Source of the DNA: a bacterium
GTDB lineage: Bacteria; Zhuqueibacterota; Zhuqueibacteria; Oceanimicrobiales; Oceanimicrobiaceae
NCBI GenBank assembly: GCA_046757525.1
Contig: JBHHYI010000012.1
Location: forward strand, 1-43,401
DNA length: 43,401 bases
Reading direction: 5' to 3'
Below the pieces are notes generated by a model that worked only from the letters and a program-made list of their open reading frames with translations, was not told the DNA's origin and did not search any database. Shown here piece after piece: positions 1 to 8,980 of this stretch (position 1 is the stretch's first letter; the number at the start of each line of letters is the position of its first letter). A program made the translations under genes and the position numbers.

Positions 1-24
1 GCACTCCGCGACCACGCGGAGTGC
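1..24 (+). terminator. GC-rich hairpin, possible intrinsic terminator of an upstream gene
   Basis: Perfect 10-bp stem GCACTCCGCG-acca-CGCGGAGTGC followed by a T-rich tail (ttggattttg). Confidence 0.5.
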
Positions 25-35
25 TTGGATTTTGC

Positions 36-63
36 TTGACATTTTTGCAAGATTTTTTACATT
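36..63 (+). promoter_or_regulatory. Sigma70-type promoter candidate for module A
   Basis: TTGACA (36-41), 16-nt spacer, TACATT (58-63), about 165 nt upstream of the ATG at 230. Confidence 0.55.
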
Positions 64-229
64 CATAAACCTAATCGTGACGTCATCACCCATTGAGCAA
101 AAATTTTACTCTTGCGGTCCTCACAGCACCTGGAAAGGGCCTCTTGCAACCTGAACCAAGTCGCGGAAAAAGTCAGTTTAGGTCGGTTGCAACGATTCAA
201 ACGAAAAAGCATTCTCTTGAGGTTAGAAA

Positions 230-2935
230 ATGAGCTGGGTAGTCAAGGTTCAACGCTATTTCACAATCGTTAGCATCCTAACGACTGGCATTTTGGTGCC
301 TGATGCCGCATGGTCTGGAACCACGGGAAAGATTTCCGGGCGCGTCGTGGACAAAGCCACCGGTGAGCCCCTGCCGGGTGCCAACGTGATGGTGGTGGGA
401 ACAAACTTGGGCGCGGCCTCAGACTTAGACGGGAATTTCATCATCTTGCGAGTTCCTCCGGGCGCCTATTCGGTGAAGGCCTCCATGATTGGTTACACCG
501 ACCTCCAGTTCAACAACGTTCAGATAGGCGTGGATAGAACCACAAAACTGAGTTTTGAACTTTCTGCAACCGTGGTAGAGTTGGGGGAGTCGGTGGTGGT
601 TGTTGCTGAGAAGCCCCTGGTTCAGATGGATTTGACGTCCTCTTCTGCATCGGTCGGGTCGGACGTTCTCAGCAAGCTGCCGCTGGATCGTTTTGAAGAC
701 GCGGTTAATCTGCAAGCAGGGGTCGTCGACGGGCACTTTCGCGGGGGCCGGTTGGGGGAAGTTGCGTACATGATCGATGGCGTCACCGTTAACGATGTTT
801 TCTCGGGAAATTTTTCTTTGGAGGTTGAAAACAACGCCATTCAGGAACTGGAGGTCATCAGCGGAACTTTTAACGCCGAATATGGCCAGGCCATGTCCGG
901 CGTTGTGAACATCGTGACCAAAGAAGGGGGGCACCGGTATCACGGAAATGTTTCCGCCTATTTCGGTGATTATCTGAGCAAACACAACAACATCTTCTTC
1001 AACATCGACAAAGTTAACCCCATTTACAACGGGCAATGGAATCTCAGCGGCCCTTTCCCAGGATTTTCTGACAAGATGACCTTTTTTGTGTCGGGTCGTT
1101 ATTTCCAAGAGGAGGGCTGGATCTACGGTCAGCGCATTTTTGTGCCTTCCGATTCTTCCAGTTTTAGCGGTAATAATCGCAACAACTGGTTTGTCATGAG
1201 TCAAGGTCAAGGGTATCGATTCAGTGAGGCCCTGGTGGATAGTCTAAAAGCTAACTCAAAGGCCGTGCCCATGAATCCGCAAACCCGCTGGACCGGCCAG
1301 GGAAAGTTTACCTACCGATTCTCGTCTGCCAACAAATTGAGTTATGAAATCTTACTTCAACGTCGAAATTTCAAGACGTACAATCATTTGTTCAAGGATA
1401 ACCCGGATGGAGACTACCGTCGCTGGCAAAGGAGTATTCACCACACCGTGAACTGGACCCACGTTTTCAGCGATCGCATGTTTTCTTCGCTAAAATTTGC
1501 CCATTTTCGAAACAAATTTGAGCAGTTTGTTTACAGCAATCGCTTTGACCCGCGCTATGTTTCGGACGATCGGTTGCGGGACGCGAGCAACAATTCTTTT
1601 GTGACCGGTGGTCAGCAAATGTGGCAATATCGGCGCGAGACTCGTACCACGGTGGCAAAACTGGACCTCACGGATCAAATTACCAATCTGCATCAACTGA
1701 AGTTCGGCTTCGAAGCCAGACGCCATCGCCTGTGGCTGGAAGAATTTGAAGTCCTGTTGGATTTACCGCAGCGCAAAGCCCCGCTCTCTTCCTTTAATAA
1801 CAATCGTTTTCTCGTGCATCCATTGGAGCTTTCCGGCTATTTTCAGGATAAGATGGAATTCGATTTTATGATTGTAAATATCGGCTTGCGGTACGATTTC
1901 TTTGATTCCGATTACGTCATTCCAACAGACTTCAAAAATCCCACGACTTCTGCGAAAAGGCCGGCCAAGACCAGCAATCAGTTGAGTCCAAGATTTGGCA
2001 TAGCCTTGCCCATCAGCGACCGGGGCGTCATTCACATCTCTTACGGGCATTTCTTTCAGACGCCAGTCTTCGATTTCCTCTTTAGAAACCCTGAATTTGA
2101 GGTCTTCCCACTGCAATCCGCAATAAATCCACCACCGAACAGCTTGCTCAATACTGTCGGCAATGCCGAACTCAAGCCACAAAAAACGATCAGCTACGAA
2201 ATTGGGTTGCAGCAGCAACTAACGGACAATCTGGCCGTGGACGTCACCGTTTACCTGAAGGACATTCGCAACTTGCTGGGTTCCGAAGTGTTCAAGAATG
2301 CTCAACAAGACCGCTTCGCCCGCTACGTAAATCGAGATTACGGCAGTGTCAAGGGCTTGACCATTGCTCTGGAAAAACGACTCACTCAGGGATTTTCCGC
2401 CACTGTGGATTATACTTTTCAGGTGGCGAAAGGCAATGCTTCTGATCCCAACGATGCTTTTCTCGATCAGCAGTCGGAGCCACCCATTCAAACGACCAAG
2501 CAACTGGTGCCTCTGGATTGGGACCGCACCCACAGCTTGAATATGACCGTAACCGTCGGCAATCCAGACGAATTTGTCGTAGGCATCATCGGCAAGCTGG
2601 GTAGTGGTCTGCCCTACACCCCGACCAAACAGAAAGTGCGCGAGAATGTTAAAAATGGCGGACGAAAGCCCTTATTTTACAACGTCGATTTGTATGCCAG
2701 CAAGAACTTCAAATTGATGGGGTTGAACTATTCCCTTTTCTTGCGTGTGTTTAATTTGACCGACAGAAGAAATGAGTTGCAAGTGTACACCGATACCGGC
2801 AGAGCTGGCTTTACCGTGGACATCTTTAGTTCTGGCGAACCTCGCGGCATTAATTCTCTGAATGAATTCATCGTGCGGCCGGATTTTTATTCCGCTCCGA
2901 GAAGGGTAGAGACAGGTCTTTCTGTTAGTTTTTAG
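230..2935 (+). CDS. TonB-dependent receptor with N-terminal carboxypeptidase-regulatory-like domain (module A)
   Basis: Signal peptide, GKISGRVVDKATGEPLPGANV N-domain, plug motifs FRGGR/YMIDG/ISGTFNAEYG...SGVVNIVTKEG, barrel motifs SPRFG and GNAELKPQKT..YEIG, C-terminal Phe. GAGG RBS upstream. Confidence 0.93.
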   Translation: MSWVVKVQRYFTIVSILTTGILVPDAAWSGTTGKISGRVVDKATGEPLPGANVMVVGTNLGAASDLDGNFIILRVPPGAYSVKASMIGYTDLQFNNVQIGVDRTTKLSFELSATVVELGESVVVVAEKPLVQMDLTSSSASVGSDVLSKLPLDRFEDAVNLQAGVVDGHFRGGRLGEVAYMIDGVTVNDVFSGNFSLEVENNAIQELEVISGTFNAEYGQAMSGVVNIVTKEGGHRYHGNVSAYFGDYLSKHNNIFFNIDKVNPIYNGQWNLSGPFPGFSDKMTFFVSGRYFQEEGWIYGQRIFVPSDSSSFSGNNRNNWFVMSQGQGYRFSEALVDSLKANSKAVPMNPQTRWTGQGKFTYRFSSANKLSYEILLQRRNFKTYNHLFKDNPDGDYRRWQRSIHHTVNWTHVFSDRMFSSLKFAHFRNKFEQFVYSNRFDPRYVSDDRLRDASNNSFVTGGQQMWQYRRETRTTVAKLDLTDQITNLHQLKFGFEARRHRLWLEEFEVLLDLPQRKAPLSSFNNNRFLVHPLELSGYFQDKMEFDFMIVNIGLRYDFFDSDYVIPTDFKNPTTSAKRPAKTSNQLSPRFGIALPISDRGVIHISYGHFFQTPVFDFLFRNPEFEVFPLQSAINPPPNSLLNTVGNAELKPQKTISYEIGLQQQLTDNLAVDVTVYLKDIRNLLGSEVFKNAQQDRFARYVNRDYGSVKGLTIALEKRLTQGFSATVDYTFQVAKGNASDPNDAFLDQQSEPPIQTTKQLVPLDWDRTHSLNMTVTVGNPDEFVVGIIGKLGSGLPYTPTKQKVRENVKNGGRKPLFYNVDLYASKNFKLMGLNYSLFLRVFNLTDRRNELQVYTDTGRAGFTVDIFSSGEPRGINSLNEFIVRPDFYSAPRRVETGLSVSF

Positions 2936-2967
2936 AGTTACTTAACTAAAAAATACCGAAGTAAGCG

Positions 2968-5900
2968 ATGAGAAATTTCCGTTCTATTGTTGTGAAGCTG
3001 TTAATTGTTTTAGGCAGCTTCGTTTTTGGGCAATGGGCTTTTGCCCAACGCATCCCCGACAAGAATGTGGGGGATCGCAGCAACACGCGAGAAGGCATTA
3101 TGGATGGCAATCTGGTACGAACGCTGTTCAAGAACCACGGAGAGGTGGCTAATTGGCCCAACCAGCCGTCAGGCGAATGGCCGAAGGGTTCGGGCCACTC
3201 CTACGTGGACGGCGTGCCGATCATCGTGCAGGTGGAAACCAAAGATGTCCATGGCAATGTCGTCCATCCCATGGAGACCATGTACCGCGAATTTATCGAC
3301 CTTTCGCCCACCCTGGTGCCCTGGGGTTGGGCACCGCTGCCGGGTTATTTTAATCCTGATCAGGACGAACCGGCGCTGAGCGACGATCACAACACCTGGC
3401 CCACGTTTTGGCCGGACCGGCCTTCTGACTGGGCGGGCTTCTGGAACGGCTTTTTTGGAAAAGGGGTCTTCAACGCTCAGTTGGAAACCTACTTTGTTTT
3501 CGACGACGACCCGGACCAGGAATTTGAAGTTTACCCCGATTCAACGGATCCGAATCGCCGTGGGGTTGGTCTGGAGGTTGCAACGCGCGGTTTTCAATGG
3601 TCAAACGTGCTCGCCGAAGACACCATTTTTTGGCTCTATCAGATCACCAACGAAGGCACGACCGATTACCCCAAGACCATCTATGCCCAATATATCGATT
3701 GGGGAGTTGGCGGCACCGACGATTCCGGAGATGATAGCGGCTCCTTTGACACTAAACTGGACATCGCCTTTGCCTGGGATTCGGACAACCGTGGCTCGCC
3801 GGGCAATTGGAGCCCGGTGGGAGTAGCGGGTTACGGTTTCCTCGAAAGTCCGGGAAATGGCACCGATGGCATCGACAACGACGAAGACGGCATTATCGAT
3901 GAACGCCGGGACGATGGCATCGACAATGACAACGATTGGCAGCCCTTTACCGATTTGAATGGCAATGGACAATGGGACCTGGGCGAGCCTTTGAACGATG
4001 ATTTGGGCCGAGACGGGGTTGGTCCGTTTGATGTCCAGTATACGGGTCGCGACGAAGGGGAGGGGGATGGCCTGCCAACCGCAGGGGAGCCTAATTTTGA
4101 CGCAACCGATCCGGATGAGTCCGATCAAATAGGTCTCACCGGCTTCTCCATATTCCCGGTACATTTTTATGAGCTCACCAACGATGACGAAAACTGGACC
4201 GTTTTCACCGAGGCTTTGCCGCCCAGAAATGAACTGCTGCAGTCGGTGAATTTGGGCATGTTTTTCTCCTCCGGGCTCTTCCCTCTAAAAGCCGGCCAGA
4301 CCGAAAGCTTTTCTATGGCGCTCATGTTTGCGGAGGATAAAGAGGATCTGGTACGCACGAAACGCACGGTGCAGCAGATCTTCGATGCTGATTATCGCTT
4401 TGCCGAACCGCCTTTCAAGGCGACCTTAACGGCGGTTCCGGGAGACGGCAAGGTAACCCTGTACTGGGACGATTTTTCAGAGCAGTCCTTTGACCGGTTT
4501 CTCAGACAACATGATTTTGAGGGCTACAACATTTACAAAGCCACGGACCCGGAGTTTCTGGAGCCGCGCATCATTACCGACAGTTTTGGTAACTTGACCT
4601 TTCGCAAGCCCGTTGCACAGTTTGATCTCAAAGATGGCATCAAAGGGCCGCATCCAGTGGACGTCAACGGTATAAAATTCAATGTGGGCAGAGATAGTGG
4701 CCTCCGGCATGTGTGGACCGACACCGACGTGCAAAACGGTCAAACCTACTACTATGCCGTGGTTGCCTTTGACCGGGGTTTTATTGACACTACGGTTACT
4801 GGCGCCGTTGAGGGGATTCCCCCGTCTGAAACCACCGCCACTGTGAAGACGGGTATCTTAGGAAATGTGGAAGCAACCGACCTCAACACCGCTGTGGTGG
4901 TTCCTAATGCGCCTGCGGCGGGTTATATCGCCCCCGATATTCCTTCCGCGATGCGGGTGAGTCATGGAGGCCCGGCAACCGGGTTGGTACAACCCAATTT
5001 GGTCGATCATCGAATCATCCAGGACAACACGACCTACCAGGTGGTCTTTGACGAAGCATCCCCTTTCCATATCGCCACCTCTCCCAGGTTTAGCATTATC
5101 AACAAGACCAAAAACCAGGTTTTGTTTAAGGATTTGGAGCTATTGGAATCGGGTCAAGTCAGCCCGTTCTTCGATGGTTTGACGGTGAGTTTGTTCAACG
5201 ACACCACGGTGGCCCTGATCGATTCGCTCACAGGCTGGGTGGTGGGCAACAGCAATTACACTGTTGACATTGGGTTTCTGCCGGTCTTTTCCGGACGCAA
5301 TGTAGCCTTGCCAAACGATTATGAACTGCGTTTCTTTGACACGGTGGTCGACACGTCGATTCGGCTGCTGTTTGGCCAGAAGCCTATCCCCACGAATTTT
5401 CAGATCGTGAATTTGACCGAACAGATAGCCGAGGATTTTATCTTTTTTGATCGCGACAACGATGGGCAGTTTACGCCCGGGGACAACGTCGTGGTTGTGG
5501 TTGGGGATTCCATTGGTGCAAAACCGCGAAGTTCTACTTTCAAGACCAGTTGGACCATATCGTTCGAGCAAGACACGAGCATCACGGACCCCAGAGCTCC
5601 GCAGCCCGGAGATATTTTTCAGTTCAAAACCACCAAGCCCTTTCGCAACGGCGAGAGCTTTGAGTTTGTTGTGAAAGCTCAGAGTTTTAGTGCGGAAAAA
5701 GCCAGCAACGAAATGGACCGCATTGCCGTGGTTCCAAACCCGTACGTCATCGCGGCTTCCTTTGAACCGCCCAATCGATTCAAATTCGGCAGGGGGGAAC
5801 GGCGTATTTCTTTTATTCATCTGCCGCCCAAGTGCACCATTCGAATTTATACTGTTCGCGGCCAGTTGGTCGACACCATCGGGCATGATACTGCTATCGA

Positions 5901-6027
5901 TGACGGAGCTGAGTTCTGGGATCTGGTATCCAAAGATGGCACGGACATCGCCTACGGCCTGTACATTTTTCATGTTGAAGCTCCCGGAATTGGTACAAGA
6001 ATCGGCAAGTTTGCTGTAATCAAATAA
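2968..6027 (+). CDS. Large secreted protein of unknown function with DxDxDG repeats, an Fn3-like segment and a C-terminal Ig/FlgD-like sorting domain (module A)
   Basis: Signal peptide ending AFA-Q; DGIDNDEDG and DLNGNG motifs; AVPGDGKVTLYWD...YYYAVVAFD; C-terminus VVPNPY...CTIRIY...WD...GKFAVIK. Clear paralog of 32791-36339. Confidence 0.85.
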   Translation: MRNFRSIVVKLLIVLGSFVFGQWAFAQRIPDKNVGDRSNTREGIMDGNLVRTLFKNHGEVANWPNQPSGEWPKGSGHSYVDGVPIIVQVETKDVHGNVVHPMETMYREFIDLSPTLVPWGWAPLPGYFNPDQDEPALSDDHNTWPTFWPDRPSDWAGFWNGFFGKGVFNAQLETYFVFDDDPDQEFEVYPDSTDPNRRGVGLEVATRGFQWSNVLAEDTIFWLYQITNEGTTDYPKTIYAQYIDWGVGGTDDSGDDSGSFDTKLDIAFAWDSDNRGSPGNWSPVGVAGYGFLESPGNGTDGIDNDEDGIIDERRDDGIDNDNDWQPFTDLNGNGQWDLGEPLNDDLGRDGVGPFDVQYTGRDEGEGDGLPTAGEPNFDATDPDESDQIGLTGFSIFPVHFYELTNDDENWTVFTEALPPRNELLQSVNLGMFFSSGLFPLKAGQTESFSMALMFAEDKEDLVRTKRTVQQIFDADYRFAEPPFKATLTAVPGDGKVTLYWDDFSEQSFDRFLRQHDFEGYNIYKATDPEFLEPRIITDSFGNLTFRKPVAQFDLKDGIKGPHPVDVNGIKFNVGRDSGLRHVWTDTDVQNGQTYYYAVVAFDRGFIDTTVTGAVEGIPPSETTATVKTGILGNVEATDLNTAVVVPNAPAAGYIAPDIPSAMRVSHGGPATGLVQPNLVDHRIIQDNTTYQVVFDEASPFHIATSPRFSIINKTKNQVLFKDLELLESGQVSPFFDGLTVSLFNDTTVALIDSLTGWVVGNSNYTVDIGFLPVFSGRNVALPNDYELRFFDTVVDTSIRLLFGQKPIPTNFQIVNLTEQIAEDFIFFDRDNDGQFTPGDNVVVVVGDSIGAKPRSSTFKTSWTISFEQDTSITDPRAPQPGDIFQFKTTKPFRNGESFEFVVKAQSFSAEKASNEMDRIAVVPNPYVIAASFEPPNRFKFGRGERRISFIHLPPKCTIRIYTVRGQLVDTIGHDTAIDDGAEFWDLVSKDGTDIAYGLYIFHVEAPGIGTRIGKFAVIK

Positions 6028-6047
6028 GAAAAGTGTGGTGTGTTATC

Positions 6048-7079
6048 ATGTTGAATAGAATTCTAATCGCAAGTGTGATCATTCTTCTCAACGGTTTGGA
6101 CAGTCAAGCTCAACAAGACTTTGGTGGGGTTACCAAGGTGGGCACCACTTCGGCCGCCTTTCTGGAAATCGGCGTGGGTTCCCGTGCCGTGGGCATGGGT
6201 GGCGCTTATGTGGCCGTAGCCAACGATGCCACGGCCCTGTATTGGAATCCGGCCGGTTTGACCCAACTGCAAAAAAGTGAAGTCGTTTTTGTTCACACCA
6301 AATGGTTGGCCGACCTCAATTTTGATTTCGCCGGCATCGTCATTCCGCTGGGCAATGCGGGCACCATCGGTGGATTGGTCACGGTATTGAGCACGTCGGA
6401 TCTGGCCGAGAGAACCATCGATCAGCCTGAAGGCACCGGCAACTTCTTTAGCGTAGGGGATTTGGCCATCGGTTTAACCTACACCAAGAATTTGACGGAT
6501 CGTTTTGGCATCGGCGCCACCTTCAAGTACATCAACCAACACATCTCGCTCATGTCGGCAAATGGCTTTGCGGTGGATTTTGGCGCTGTTTTTGACACAG
6601 GTTTATCGGGGATACGCTTTGGAGCTGCCTTGCGGAACTTTGGCACCGATATGAAACTTACGGGCAAAGATGCTCTGATCCTGGTGGACATCGACCCCAC
6701 CAAACTGGGCAACAACGAACGCGTTGAGGGTCGCCTGGATACGGATTCTTTCCCGTTACCCCTCACCTTTCAAGCAGGTCTGGCTAAGGATGTTGTCCTG
6801 GGGGAAAACAATCGCGTGACCCTTGCCGCGGATTTCGTCCACCCAAACGACAACACCGAAAGCGTGAATGTCGGCTTTGAGTACAGCTTGTGGCGCGCCG
6901 TTTTCTTGCGCGGGGGGTTGAGGAATCTGCTCATGGAAGATCGGGAAGAGAATTTCACCCTTGGCGGAGGTTTTGTGATGAATTTTCTCGGCAATGTGAA
7001 ACTCAAGTTCGACTACGCGTACGTAGATTTTGGTCGTTTGAACAACGCGCAGCGTTTTTCCGTGGCACTTGACTTTTAG
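6048..7079 (+). CDS. PorV/PorQ-family (FadL-like) outer-membrane beta-barrel (module A)
   Basis: Motif FLEIGVGSRAVGMGGAYVAVANDATALYWNPAGL, amphipathic strands, terminal Phe. ATG 6048 preferred over GTG 6033. Confidence 0.85.
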   Translation: MLNRILIASVIILLNGLDSQAQQDFGGVTKVGTTSAAFLEIGVGSRAVGMGGAYVAVANDATALYWNPAGLTQLQKSEVVFVHTKWLADLNFDFAGIVIPLGNAGTIGGLVTVLSTSDLAERTIDQPEGTGNFFSVGDLAIGLTYTKNLTDRFGIGATFKYINQHISLMSANGFAVDFGAVFDTGLSGIRFGAALRNFGTDMKLTGKDALILVDIDPTKLGNNERVEGRLDTDSFPLPLTFQAGLAKDVVLGENNRVTLAADFVHPNDNTESVNVGFEYSLWRAVFLRGGLRNLLMEDREENFTLGGGFVMNFLGNVKLKFDYAYVDFGRLNNAQRFSVALDF

Positions 7080-7103
7080 TACACCCGCAGCTTGGAATCG
7101 CCT

Positions 7104-8921
7104 ATGCGAGTTACAATCGACAAGATCGACCACAAGAAATCTCAAGAATTTCCTGTTCGTTTTTTGGTCGTCCTTTGCGTATTTTTCTTAGCTGCTGGTT
7201 GTCAAAAGAGAGAATTGCAGGACGAGGCGTTGGCCGTGGTAGGGAAAGAGGCCATCACTCAAAAGGACTTTGTGATCAGTTACGAACTGACCCCGACGCC
7301 CTATTTGAGAACAACAGAAAAGAAAACAGGTTTCTCGAAAAAAGAGAGCCATTTGGACTGGCTAATCGAGAAGAAACTATTTGCAAAAGAAGCAGTAAAG
7401 CGTGGGCTGGACCAGGACCCCAAGGTGCAAAAATTATTGCAGTGGTATGAAAAAAAAGCCGCTATTCGACAGCTATACCGTGAAGTGGTGCAAGCAAAGG
7501 TGAAAATCACCGAGCAAGAGTTGCGCAAGGCCTATGTGGAATTAAACGAGACCGTGCACGCACGCCATCTTTTCACCAAAGACGAACAACAGGCCTGGAA
7601 GTATTATTACGACCTGAAAGCGGGGGTGCCTTTCCAGGAGTTGGCCAGGCAGGCGTTTAAGGATTCGACTTTAGCCAACCATGGCGGGGATTTAGGTGAA
7701 TTTACCTGGGGGGATTTTGACCCTGAATTCGAGGAAGCTGTCTTCAAGATGAAACCGGGCGAGATTTCAACCCCGGTGCACACCAGGTGGGGCTATCACG
7801 TCGTCAAATTGGAAAGCCGCAAAAGAAATCCGTTATTGACTGAAACTGGATTTCAAAGTCGCAAGAGCTATATCACGAAAATCATCAAAAGACGCAAAGA
7901 GGCTGCGTTGGCCAGCAAATTTATTAAAGAATTCATGGAGCCTAAAAACGTTAGATTGAAAGGACCGGCCTTTGCTTTGTTGGCTTCTTCCTTAGTTGCA
8001 GATTCTCGGTCTAACAGCCAGCAGCCACGCTACCTGCCCAGGCCCTTAGATCCGGAATTGCTTCATGTGAAGGTAAACCTGGCGGATCACTTGAACGATC
8101 CGCTGGTCGAATTTGCCGGTGGCCGGTGGAGCATCGGTGATTTTTTGCAGAGATTGGCGACCATGCCCGTGGCGGACCGGCCCAACGTCACGAGTAGAAA
8201 TGCGCTGAAGAACGGCATCGGCATCCTGGTGCGCGACGCGTTTTTGGGGCAAGAGGCTTTGCGGCGCGGCCTGGAAAGGGCGCCCCTGGCCAAACAAGAA
8301 TTTGCCAAGAAAAAAGAGGAGTTGCTCTACCTGAGGTTGCGCCGTGTGGTTGAAAAAGGGATCGCAGTTACGGAGGAGGAGGTTGAAACGTATTTTGCAG
8401 AACATCGTGAAGCGTTTCGTGAACCTGAGCAAGTCAATATTTGTGAAGTGTTGGTGCGGAGCAAACAAGAGGCGGAGAAGATCAAACACCAGGTTGAAGC
8501 TGGTGCAGACATTTCTGAGTTGGCGAAGAAGCGGTCCATTCGTACCTGGGCGGCGAAACAGGGCGGCGTTTTTGGGTTTTTCCCCCAGGACCGTTATGGT
8601 GAGATCGGCCGAATCGCCTTCGCCGGTCAAGTGGGTGACCTTTGCGGGCCGGTCGAAGTGGCCGGCGGTCCCCCACGCGGTGGCTACTCCATCTTCAAGA
8701 TTGTTGCTCGCAAGCCACCGCGCCCGTTAGGCTTAGACGAAGTCAAGGATAAAATAAGAACTGAACTGCTGGGGCGGAAAAAAGGTCAAGCGGTGGAAAA
8801 GCTGGCACAACAGCTCAAAAAGAGTACGCCTGTTCAAATCGATGAGCGAAAACTGGCCTCTCTTACCGTAACCACCGATTGGGCCGAACAACCCATTAGC
8901 GTTTTTGCCTTTGACAAATAA
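7104..8921 (+). CDS. SurA/PrsA-like peptidyl-prolyl isomerase lipoprotein with two parvulin (PpiC) domains
   Basis: Lipobox LAAGC; domain 1 ARHL...FQELA...GGDLG...EISTPVHTRWGYHVVKL; domain 2 EVLV...SELAKKRS...GGVFG...GYSIFKI. Start codon uncertain (7092 or 7104). Confidence 0.88.
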   Translation: MRVTIDKIDHKKSQEFPVRFLVVLCVFFLAAGCQKRELQDEALAVVGKEAITQKDFVISYELTPTPYLRTTEKKTGFSKKESHLDWLIEKKLFAKEAVKRGLDQDPKVQKLLQWYEKKAAIRQLYREVVQAKVKITEQELRKAYVELNETVHARHLFTKDEQQAWKYYYDLKAGVPFQELARQAFKDSTLANHGGDLGEFTWGDFDPEFEEAVFKMKPGEISTPVHTRWGYHVVKLESRKRNPLLTETGFQSRKSYITKIIKRRKEAALASKFIKEFMEPKNVRLKGPAFALLASSLVADSRSNSQQPRYLPRPLDPELLHVKVNLADHLNDPLVEFAGGRWSIGDFLQRLATMPVADRPNVTSRNALKNGIGILVRDAFLGQEALRRGLERAPLAKQEFAKKKEELLYLRLRRVVEKGIAVTEEEVETYFAEHREAFREPEQVNICEVLVRSKQEAEKIKHQVEAGADISELAKKRSIRTWAAKQGGVFGFFPQDRYGEIGRIAFAGQVGDLCGPVEVAGGPPRGGYSIFKIVARKPPRPLGLDEVKDKIRTELLGRKKGQAVEKLAQQLKKSTPVQIDERKLASLTVTTDWAEQPISVFAFDK

Positions 8922-8980
8922 TTGTTATCGAGAGCGTTCACATTCACAGAATAACCAGGAGGAGCTGCATTAAGAAGCCT

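Noticed and set aside
2968..6027. Calling the gene after the TBDR a SusD
   Set aside because: No lipobox Cys, about twice the usual size, beta- and Asp-rich rather than TPR-helical, and it carries a C-terminal sorting-like domain.
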